Part shown: in pieces, positions 12,829-23,835 of the stretch | How the letters are laid out: each line of letters begins with the position of its first letter | Position numbering within the stretch: position 1 is the first letter of the stretch | NCBI RefSeq assembly: GCF_016433145.1 | Contig: NC_058132.1 | Location: 70,102,587-70,166,586, forward strand | Length of the DNA: 64,000 nucleotides | DNA from: Gracilinanus agilis | Taxonomy: Eukaryota | Reading direction: 5' to 3' | Made by a program: the position numbers and the translations under genes | The notes under the pieces: generated by a model | Told to the model about the DNA's origin: nothing | Seen by the model: the letters and a program-made list of their open reading frames with translations, nothing else | Database searches by the model: none

Positions 12829-13932
12829 CTGCAAGTCACCAGAGGAAGTAAGTCTTGGGCCCAGAGAGGTGAGAAGGGGGAAGAGGGCAAAGTTAGAGAC
12901 AGTTGCACCGCTCTGGCTTTTACCCCATATGTAAGCAGTCAATTTTTAATGAATGTGCACCCCCACATGAAGGAAACATGATATCAGAGGAGACATCCTC
13001 CCCCAGAAAGCAAGTCTAATATAACCTGGCTATTGCTAACCTCAGATTAGGTGGGAAGGTCTTGTAAGTAAACTTAGCTGGTTGATGGAAAGCTAAATTG
13101 CAGATTCAGGTAAACATGCTCAGATATAATTCCACCTCTGGATCCAAGATAGGGGCAGGACATCTGTTCTCTGCGAATATTTGTCTGAGTCAAATGTTAC
13201 TTGATTCTAAGGATAGGAAGAATGTTATAAACAGAAAGAGCCTGAAAAATAATCTGACCCTTACATCTTATGGAGTAGGAAATTAGGGTTCAGAGAAAGT
13301 AATACAATACTCTGATCCCCAACTCTATTCACTCACCCACCCCGATCCCTTTCCTAAGGACAAACACCACACTCAGGTAGATACGATGCAAAGTTCCAGT
13401 AATAAATAAAAGTCAAAAGTAAATAATGGTCATGGACATGCTAGTTTTGCTCTAGTCCATAGCCACCCTTGACCCTGCCAGCTAGATGCCAATGGATACT
13501 ACCTGTTCCAAAGGTGAGGGAGGGAAAACACATAGCCAGGCCACAACAATTCATCCCTGTTACTGAAGAAACCACTCAGAACATGAGCTCTACTGATGAA
13601 GAGTAGACAAAGGTCAGAAGCTTAATGGTCAGGCCTGTGGGGGCTACTGGCATTATTTCAAAGAGCCAATAACGATCTGCTGCTGGCCTGGGTAGTGGAT
13701 GTCTTGGTACTTAGTGAAGCTCAGGAAACGTACAACAGCATGACTCAAGAGGTGCCAACTGTTTCTCTGCCCTTTGATTCATTGTTATGAGTCAAAGGAA
13801 TGGCTGGGATGGGGCTAAACGCTCCCCAGGTAATCAGAGCACTTCCCTGATGGAGCCACTTGATTGATCTGGGTGTGGGATGCTGGTAAACTGTGGGATG
13901 AATTAGGCTTCATGCTCTTGTTGATGAAAGAC

Positions 13933-14122
13933 TTTTGTTTCTTCACCATTTTTGTGCCCTGGACCCCTGGAATAACCTGATAAAGCCTGTGGCCCCCTTG
14001 AAAAATGTTTGTAAACACACAAAATAAAATCTATAGGATTACTAAGGAAACTAATTATACTGAAATACTGTGATCAGATTATTGTTTAAAGAAAGTCCAG
14101 TCTCCCAGTTTGGCTTCCCTGG
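13933..14122. mobile_element. Old hAT-Charlie-type non-autonomous DNA transposon remnant
   Basis: ttcttcaccatttttgtgccctggacccc...aaaataaaatctataggattactaaggaaactaattatactgaaatac matches a recalled MER5-like consensus; TIRs decayed. Confidence 0.55.
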
Positions 14123-14844
14123 TGTAGAGAGCCATGCTAACACTCCTGGTGCCTTTGCCTTCACTACCTTATAGGAGTTCTGATTTTTGAATCCTGTGGG
14201 GGTACTGGACAAGAGTACCCAGGAATATCAGGGGTGAAAGGGCCCTTGTGGAACTCAATAGACGCAGCTGACACTGTCCTGTCCAATCCCTCTGCAACAG
14301 ACTCTGGAACTACTTGGAGCTGCCAGGGCTTCCTGACCACTCCAAAAGGCAATTCTCTCTGGAGCTAACTCCACAGTATGTATGGTATCTCCTTCTACTA
14401 GTTTTTCAGTGTCAGAATACCTCCCACTACCTAGCTGCATCCCTCCAGATGCCACCTTTATCTTCTAAAAGTCTCTTCTTTAATGTATGCTAAATTTCCC
14501 CTCTCCTCTCTCAGATATGTTACTTTATTTATTTTTTAGGTGCTCAAATTAAAAAAAAAATTTTTTTTAGAAAAATTTTTTTCCATGGTTTCATGATTCA
14601 TGTTCTTGCTCTCTCTCCCCCTACCCCCTCATCCCCTGTAGCCGACACACATTTCCACTGGTTTCTTCACAGACATGTTACTTTATATGAAGGAAAGAAT
14701 AAAAAGGCACCATATTTATGGGGCAGGGCAAAAAATAATCCAGTGGCAATATTCAAAAATTATATTTTAATTATATTATACAAATGTGTATTAACAGGGG
14801 ACTCCCCCCGCTAAAAAAAACTGCCTAGATATGTAGTCTACACA

Positions 14845-15110
14845 TAATAAGCTAGCATTTATATAGCACCAACTATGTGCCAGGTACTGTGCTAAGTGCT
14901 TTTACAAATATTATCTCATTTGATTCTTATAACAGCCCTAGGAGGGATATACTATTATTATTCTCATTTTACAGTTGAGAAAACTGAGGCAAGCAGAGGT
15001 CAAATGACTTGCCCAGGATCTCACAGGTAGTATTCTGGGGCCAAATTTGTACTTGGATCTTCCTGATTCCAGGCCCAGTGCTCTGTTTACTATGGTGCCA
15101 CCTAACTGCC
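14845..15110 (-). mobile_element. MAR1/MIR-type CORE SINE
   Basis: CORE motifs ttacagttgagaaaactgaggca / gacttgcccagg with an L2-like tail. Confidence 0.8.
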
Positions 15111-16129
15111 TCAATATGACCTAATCAGCATTTTGCTTAATAAAAATGAAAGAAGGAAAGGGAGGGAGAAAGTAAAGGAGGGAGGGAGAAGGGAGAAGGT
15201 GGAGGTTTATGTTTAATTATGTTCCATATGTCCTGAGTACTGAGCTGGGGAGCCCTGAGCAGAAGGGAGAGATCAGGGTCCCCAAAAGCATCCCCTTTTC
15301 TCTGCTTTTGACTCATAAGCCCCTATAATTTCACTTCAGTTCTGGGTCTCAGTTTCTTCCTCTGTAAAATGAGTTGTTGGACTTGAAGATCTACAACTTT
15401 AAATCTGATGATCAACTCTAAGAAAACAAGAGGAGCAATTTGGTGAAGGGAAATTTCCTGAATAAAAGTCCAAATATAGGCCAGATCCTATAATGTAGCT
15501 TTCTGGAAGAGCTCCATTTTTAGGGCCATGAAAGCCAACAGGAAACCCAGGCACTTGTATCATTTACATGAAGGATTCATGAAAGGTGGCTGTCAATTAG
15601 GTGCTAAATTTAGAAAGTCTCATTGTCAGTTCCTAGAACTGGCATGGAAACCTGTGGTAGTAACTATTTCTTGTCATCTTTCAGATTTTGTGAAAAAGTA
15701 GCAAAATATATCTGGTACTGTCAGGATGTCCAAGAAAATCCCCACTAGTAGCCAGCTGGTCAGAGGTGGGGCTTTCCTGAGAAGATGGCTTGGCAACTAC
15801 GGGACAACTGAAAGCAACTGAAGAAGGAAAAATGGGAGGTCATAGAAAACTGATCTGAAGGAAAGCTTAGGCAAACACAAACACAGAAGGATCAAGCTAG
15901 GAGGATGGTAATCTGCTAAGACTTGAGATATGATCATTACAAGAACAATCAAAGCCATTTTCATTCGGTAAGAATCCAATGTGGCTTTAGGTTGTGGGCA
16001 TCTTCTCCCAATGTTCAGTAACTGGACCACTGTAATTACATGGGATCCAGTGCTCAGAAAAACCACCAAGGAACCTGTGTCCTAAATCACTGAGATAGAA
16101 ACCAGGATTTCAAGCCAGGGGAGGGACAC

Positions 16130-16345
16130 CAGGATGGCAAGGGCACTGCAGACCACCTCATGGGGGACCAGATGAAGGGTCTGAGGATGTTCGGGCTTGC
16201 TGTCTTCAAAGATCTACACAGAGCTGTCATGGGGAAGAGAGATTACCCTTGTTCTGTCTAGCCCTCAGAGACAGAGCTAGGAGCAGAGCCTGCAGACAGA
16301 GAGAGGCATTTTGGAACTTGAAAGAAGAAAACATTAACAAAATGC
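16130..16345 (+). mobile_element. L3/CR1 remnant
   Basis: gctgtcttcaaagatct...gctgtcatggggaagagagattacccttgttctg matches the L3 3' region. Confidence 0.7.
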
Positions 16346-17487
16346 TGCTTCATAACCCCTCTCCCATGCACCCCCAACTAGGGGGCTTCAAGCAAAGGCC
16401 AGAGAAGCCTACAGTGGGGACATCTTAGAGGGAATCTTCAGTTTGGTCTGAAATAGATTAGACAAACTACTGCTGGAGTCCCTGTTGGAGCCTGAGATTT
16501 TGGGACACTGCATCAACACAGGTCAGGGGAATTGCGGAGGAAGAGAAACAAACTTTTGTTACCTCCTTCCATACAGCGCCAAAGCTAGAAGCCCTTCTGA
16601 GATCACTCTCCTTCCCAGGGGCCTAAGAGGTGGATTGCATGGACAAAGACAGCTGCCCAGATCCACAGTGAGCAACACTCTGCTATACTCTGCTCCTCTG
16701 GGATGGGTTATTTAGAAAGAGAAATAAACCCTGGAGGTTGGATGGCATTGGGCTTCCTTGCAGCTCCTGGGTAACTGAAGGACTTTTAGGTCTCTGAGAG
16801 CAATGGAAGGATAGGGTTAGGAACCTGTGAATCTGTGCCAAAGTCTAACAGGCCAAGCCAGAACTCTGGAGAGGAGCTATGGGGGAAGGGCTTCACAGGG
16901 GCCAGGACCATCTTCCTTGGCTTTGCCCTAATCTCTCATCTCACCTCCAAGAAGCCTGTGCAGGGCTCTTCGCAGTTCACTGGGGTACCAGTAGCACCTG
17001 GCACTGGAGGCTACCCAGATCTTTTCTCTCCACTAGTTGAGCTTTGCCCACTTCATCAGGCCTCAGCAGAATGACATCTCTATTTAACCTCTGACCTTCC
17101 CTTCCAGATATACATCATTGTGAGACTCACAGACTCTTTCTCTTCTCGCTAATAGCTTGACCTGTTTTACCTGGACTCTCAATTCCAGAGAACAATTGGA
17201 GAGAATCCGGTGAATTTTTATTCTCTCATCAAGGAAAGCTTCTGGCTGCCCTGCTCCCCAACCCTAGACCCATTTGGAAGAGGCCTGGCCACAAAGGGAC
17301 CCTGATTCCATCATGAGGGTAAAAGAAAGGGGTCCTTAAAGCTTCCAGGCTGTGCAATGCCCCACTCCCTGACCACAGTGATCATCCTACCTCTGCTCTG
17401 GTTCTGCCCCTGCACATCATGCATTAAACATGAGACAGCTCTTGCTGGCTGCATCCTTCTTTTTGTCTCCATCTTAGGCATTCTTAC

Positions 17488-17549
17488 CTGTCAGCTGATC
17501 CGGCTGCAATTTTGCTTCCATCAGGTGACCAGGAACACCTCAGGAGATT
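17488..17549 (-). CDS. SNRNP40: SNRNP40 exon 8 (NLLRCSWSPDGSKIAAGSAD)
   Basis: Manual translation; acceptor TGCAG|, donor CAG|GTAAGA; 62 nt. Confidence 0.97.
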
Positions 17550-19259
17550 CTGCATTGACAAGTAAAGAAGATGCCATTGAAAAGAGCAGTGTTTTCAAAA
17601 CTCACTAAAGCAAAGGATGTCAGAGCTGGAAAGGACCCCAAGAGCCATCTCATCCCACATACTCATTTTACAGAGGAAGAAACTAAGATCCACGGAAGAC
17701 AAGAGGATGAGCTTAGAAATGGAAACTTTCATCTTGACTTTGGATTCCATGTTCTTCCCATACCCTGCTTCCTCTCCAATGACAGACCCTAATGAGATCC
17801 TTCTTGGCTCCCCACTCCAAGGTCACCAATGGGGGCTGATGTAGAGTCTGGATTTGAGGGGGCAGACTTTGGACCTGACATTGTAAAGGTGTCATGATTT
17901 CTTTGGCATTGCTTTGTTCCCATTCTCTGCCTCCTACCCACTTTCTGTGCCCAAGGCCTTCATCTATTAAGCAATCTGTATTTCCTGAGCATCTCAGGGC
18001 TGTGGGGGTGAGAGAGATGAGTAAAACACGGTTCTTGTACTCAGAGGGTTCATAGCTAGTAAGGGGAGAAATAAAATGTACACACCTAAAAAAATAACCA
18101 GCTCAGCATAAATCAGTCTATGATAAGCATCCTTGGCATCCTTTAAATATCACAAGTTATATTTTAATTGTTTTCTTGAGAAAAATGATCAGCAATTATG
18201 GCTTATGTTTTGACTTAAACACCAATGTGTTACAATTTCATAACTCATATATAATAATTGTAAAAAATGCTCAATTCATAACTAATTAGTTATACCTGGC
18301 AGAAGAATTTTATTTCTGTGCCTACAAACAGAAGCTCCCTTTACTCTATTCACCTTAGTCCTTATTAAAACTCTTTTCTCTTAAAAAAAAAAAAAAAAAA
18401 AAGAAAGATCCTGGAACTGATTTACAGAACAAATGTGAGTCCTAGTGAACTCATGGAACAAGTATGTTTATATCTTGGACACTCTAGGAACCTGGGTCAA
18501 TTCCTTAGAACTAATTTCCTCCAGGATCTCAAAAGTTTCAGAGCCCTTCCAGTCTCCTATCATTAAGGATATGGTAACAGAAGCTGGGGAGGGGAAGGTT
18601 GTGGTACTGTCCTAAAGCTTAAGTGGGCTGGCCTAGACCTCTGCTGAAGATAGATAGCATCCCAGGCCTAAGTAGAACACTTGGCTTGGCCAGTAGGTCT
18701 CTTGGGTTCTAGTTCTAGAATGCTTGTTTAAACAAGTCCTGGAATGGTTCTTACTTTTATGTCATCAGTTGGGAAATCATCTCAAAGGAGTCAAAAGATA
18801 GTTCAGAAAAGGGGCCTCCAATCCATTATTTCTTCTTAGGAGGAAGAAAGGAAGGAGACATAGGATCAAAGAATCTCAACTGGAAGAGACACTCAGAGGC
18901 ACTGAAATCTGATCAATATATCTGAAAAGGAATCTCCTCAATAAATCAATTTAATTAAATTTTACTAAAAATACTTACTAGGGGAAACTAGGCAGCTCAG
19001 AGTGGATTGAGAGCCAGGCCTGCAGACAGGAGGTCCTGGGTTCAAATCTGACTTCAGACATTTCCTAGCAGTGTGACCCTGGGCAAACCTCCACTGCCTA
19101 GCCTTTAATACTCTTTTGCCCTAGAATCAATACTTAGTTTAAAAAAAAAAAAAAGGCACTTACTATGTGCTAAGTGGTAGGTCTACAAAGACAAAATACA
19201 AATCCATGTCTGCCCTCAGGAAGTTTAAATGACAATATTTCTCAGATGCTATTCTGCCT

Positions 19260-19520
19260 CTGCTCTATGACCTTTGTGATACAGAACTTACTGTCTCCTA
19301 AGGCAGCCCACTGCACTTTTAGACAGGTCTATTTATTGCAAAGTTTTTCAAGCCAAAATCTGCTTTTCTGAAACTACCATTCACTGCTCCTAGTTCTCTG
19401 GTACAAAAGAGATTAATTCTAACCTCTCTTCCACATGAGAGCCTTCAGATATATGAAGCCAGTTATATATGTCTTACCTAAGCCTTTTCTAAGCTAAATA
19501 CCCCTAATTCCTTCTTTTTT
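19260..19520 (-). mobile_element. L3/CR1 remnant in intron 7
   Basis: Antisense L3 motifs ccactgctcctagttct / ctcttccacatgagagccttcagatat / gctaaatacccctaattcctt. Confidence 0.7.
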
Positions 19521-19699
19521 GACCTTCATCTATTGAGGTATGGCAGGGAGAAAATTCACATCCCAGAAGGCACTGGTATGCTTCCTATAGGATCTCTTTC
19601 TGACAATGAAGTTTCTGATAATAACATGGCAATAGAATGCTATTAACATTAACAGAGGCATTACTAGACAGTAGAAGTTCATGGTCATACTAAACTTAC

Positions 19700-19782
19700 C
19701 TTCTCAAAGTTATGCACATTTCCCTGAAATATCTTCACACACCTCTCTTTGGGGGCAAAAGGCCGGACATCCCAGATCCGAA
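19700..19782 (-). CDS. SNRNP40: SNRNP40 exon 7 (VRIWDVRPFAPKERCVKIFQGNVHNFEK)
   Basis: Inside ORF 19685..19867; acceptor TTTACAG|, donor AAG|GTAAGT; 83 nt. Confidence 0.98.
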
Positions 19783-22700
19783 CTGTAAAGAAACAAACAA
19801 AGCAGTCAAAGACCACATGTGGAGAGAAGATCAGAGCCAACTTTCCTGCCACTGGAACAAAGAACATTGCCTTCTCTGAGTGAAGGAAGAGCAGGGCTGT
19901 CCAGAATATCTCCTGATGCCTGCTTAGGTTCTTCTGATACTCTGAAAGGCAACAGAAAATGTCTGGCTCTCTTTAAAATGGGCTGAGGGAGCCATATACA
20001 ATTCAGGGTCAAACATATTGCTCTAAGCCTTGGTTTTTAATGCTTTTCCCCAGTAAGAACAAAGAGATAACAAACTAAACTAACCCTTCTCAATTCACTA
20101 GTTCCTGCATTTAGAACAGGCAGAGCACATCTGAGTATTTCAGGATGAGCAGCAGCCCCTGATGTACGCTCCTCAACATATACATTGCCTGCCCCAACTT
20201 ATTCCCCTCTTCTCTTTGAAGTAATTTAATACAGTTTAATACAGCCCAGAGGTACTAGAATGAACAAAGTCAGATGGATCATTCCAAGTAGAGGATTATA
20301 AGAGGCCCCCATAACAGGGTCTTATTCCATAACATTTTGGGTCTTCTGTAATGGGTGACCTCTGGGGAAAAGATGGAGACCAGCTTGAGTGACAGATCGT
20401 AGGTTATAGAATTTGGAATTTACCCAGATGGCATGAGCCAAGGGCAAAAGACAGTTGAGACCACCTCTATAAAAGCCCAGGGGCAGAAGACTTCAGGGTA
20501 TCATTTTTCTTAAGAAGGGGGCTCGTGGGTGGTGAAGGGTGGGTAGGTCCATAGACCTGCATATCTAGCATCTATACCTTATTGCCTCAAGCAACCAATT
20601 ATCCTATTACTGAATAAGGTTGAGAGATAAACATCAACATCTGCTTTCAAGAAGAACATCACAATCCCATCCTTTCACCTGGTCTAGACCACAGCTGGGT
20701 CTGACCAGGGTCTGTGAGGGAGAGAAGCATCTCCAGCTAGCTGCCAACCTGTTGCTCACTGATTAGCCCGTTCTAACTCCCATAGACATAGCATAGCCAT
20801 TCCCAACACCACTTTCCGTATCCTAAACCCTACTCCTTTGAGTTTATAGCATTAAACCCTTTGAAACACATCTCAAGAGCAGACTGGTATCTTTCTAAGA
20901 CCTAGTGAATAATTACAGACAAAGGGGAAAGGGATTTTACCCAGAGCACAGTCATTCAGTGTTATCCGACCCAATGCCAATAACCATCTCAATTGCCACC
21001 TCTAACCTTTAACCTAACCCCAAGCCAAGTAACCAGAGGAGCTGTGTGGAACAATTCACAGCTTCTCACTTGATAACTTTGGCTTGGGCACTGTTTACAG
21101 GGTCAAGTGCTTGGCTGAGCTGAGCATTCATAAACCCTGGTGGTTATGAGCATAACTTGGTGGCCACCCAGGCATCCTAACCTCACTCAGCCTAGATCCT
21201 TTTACCATCTAGGGATCTTGGGTCAGCTGATCAGGCTCACCTAACAGAAGCACCACACCACCCCTTAAACACTTCCTGTTATGTTATCTCCACCCTTCCC
21301 ACTCAAGACTCCTTGCTCCTTCTGATTCCACAGAAAAAAAATATATGTGTACATAAGTTATGTATATATTTTTGGGTTAGGAAGAGATCATAAAAGTCAG
21401 TAAGCCCAAGCTTTTTTTATTTGGCAGATGAGAAAATTGAGGCCTAGAAAAAAATGATTTGCCTAAGATGACAGTGGTTCAATGTAGAGCCAAGACCAAA
21501 GTCCAGGTCTCCCAATGACCAGCCCAGTGTTTTGTGCACAGTCCTTTTATGGTTTTTTTTTCTGGCCTTCAAATGAGGATTTTATTCCCCTAATTTTATT
21601 CCCTTTTACTGGCTATCTTCAAAGATGGCACTGCCTTCTTCTAGAGGGTATCTGTACCCAGGCCTTGCTCCCATCCCTTTTGGAGCTGCTTATCCTTTTA
21701 ATAACTCCAGCTCCCTCTGTGACTTCTGAAACTGTACTTCAAATAAGGATGATTATAGTTCATCAGTTCAATCTAAATTAGATGCAATCTCCAAATTATT
21801 CCCACTCTCCGCTACCTGCCTTATTTCTCTTTTTTTCTATCTGGTACTAATTAACTTTTTTTTCCTTAAGTCTGTATGTGTGGCTTAGTTTCTGTGGCTT
21901 CAGCTATTGATTTCCAATAGTGCTACTGGTCTACCCTCCATATAAACTGGTGGCAAACACTCAGAATAAAAGATGTCATGTACTATTTATATTGATCAAA
22001 CTGTACAAAGCTACAAGTGTGTCTTCTATAATTCTGCTCTTCAGAAGAAAACCCTTGGAGCAGCCCATGTACAGATCTGCATAGCAGGGATGCTACTGTG
22101 TGGAAGGCCAAAAGACTTAAGGACTCAAAGGCGAAGGAGGCATATTTAGTCTATTTCCTTGCATAATCCATGCAAATTCTTAGGCAACTTGAGAACTGGT
22201 TTTAGCCATTTGGTCTGGAAAACACTCAAAAGAGATAAGAAAGTCATTGAATGCCTTTTGAGTCAGCAGACCATGGTCCTAGAGCTGATGATGTTCAGAA
22301 TGAGCTATGAAACCTTAGGCAAAGGTTTAACTTCTCTTTAACTCAGTTTCCATATCTCTATAATGGGGAAAAAATATCTGCCCTATGCTTCCCTCACAAG
22401 GGCATATGATTCAACAAAAATTTATTAAATGCCTACTATAAGCTGGGGCTGCAAAGATGAAAAATGACACAACCCCTGCCCTCAATAAACTTACAGGCTG
22501 ATGAGAAGAAGAGCCAGGGATTAGTGAGGATCAAATGAGATAACCTTTGTGAAAGTGTTCTGAAAAACTTACAATCAAAAATGAGGAATGACACCTAGAG
22601 AAAGAACTTATGAAGTCCAAATGCAGAATCCTTCATTTTTTTTGTTCAAGTTTTCTTCCAAAAAATGATTAATTTGTAACAATATTTTATATGATTGCAC

Positions 22701-23714
22701 ATGTAAAACCTATATCAGACTGCTTATTGTCTTAGGGAGGGGGAAAGAGTGGGAAGAAATTTGGAATTTAAAATTAAAAAAAAAAAAAAACCTCAATGTT
22801 AAAAAATCGTTTTTACGTGTAACAGGAGAAAAAAAATATTATTAAAGAACAAAAACTGAAAAAAAAAAAAGGCCCACCCCAACTGCCCCGCAAAAGAGAG
22901 GGATTTATTATAGAATGGTCTCATATTAGTCATAGGAAGGGCTGAGTTGTATACCATTTCTTTAATAAAATTAACCAGTAGAAAGGCAGGCATCCTAGGC
23001 AGGAACCAAATGACTATTAGTCAAATGACTACACCCTCTGACTCAAAAGTTCCAATAAGCCTTGTCTAAAATCTAAGGAGATCCTAGCTTACCTGGAAGA
23101 AAAAAAATCAGTATAAAGGAAAGTGAAGACTGCCAGGATTAAGAATGAAAGCTGATTAGGAATATTCGACATTTTAGGATGATAATGTTCAACATCAAGT
23201 TGCTGAAGCTCAGAGCATCCATTAGTCTGGGACATCCAAAAATGGAATTGCACAATGAAAGGGAAATGCCTGGCTCCCACCTCTACATTATATATGCTCT
23301 CATTCTCCCCACTTTCACATGGTAAACCATATTTCTACCCTTTCAAATGAAAGGCTGGCCAAGGACAGTAAGAAAGCTTAGAACTTCCTAATTTACCAAT
23401 TCAACTTCTGCATGGGCCAAAGTGGAACTCAACATATAAGTTGGGAAACAGTTGTTTGAAGATCCTGGTCTGTTCCTCATCCTGGAAAATGACTCTAATG
23501 AGATTTCAGAAGCTTGTTTCTGACTATAACCTGATAAAGATTTGACCACATTTCTATGATCTGATTGTCATTAGATCACTGCTCTTATATCCAGCTTAGC
23601 TGTCCTTAGCTGTCCACTCCGCTGCCCTCTGCCACTCAATGCTGGCTTCACCCTACTCCCAATGGTACTTCTAGGATGGTGAACTTGGCAGAGTGTCTTG
23701 CTCTCCAGGAGTAC

Positions 23715-23835
23715 CTGTGTTGTCCATTGCGTTGGAGAGCAGGTAAGACCCTTCGGAACTTAGACTCAGGCCTGTCACAGAGTCGGCATGGCCCCTCATG
23801 GTGTATGTCAGTTTGTTCTGGCGCAAGTCCCAGAC
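23715..23835 (-). CDS. SNRNP40: SNRNP40 exon 6 (VWDLRQNKLTYTMRGHADSVTGLSLSSEGSYLLSNAMDNT)
   Basis: Manual translation; acceptor CTCCTCCCAG|, donor CAG|GTACTC; 121 nt. Confidence 0.97.

Noticed and set aside
14164-14455. Two overlapping minus-strand ORFs (MASGG...) that might be a processed pseudogene
   Set aside because: No recognisable protein similarity, poly(A) tail or TSD.
19590-19680. SECIS or H/ACA snoRNA reading of the duplicated hairpin
   Set aside because: No GA quartet partner for SECIS, and an ANANNA H box is present in only one copy. Kept only as an unclassified structure.
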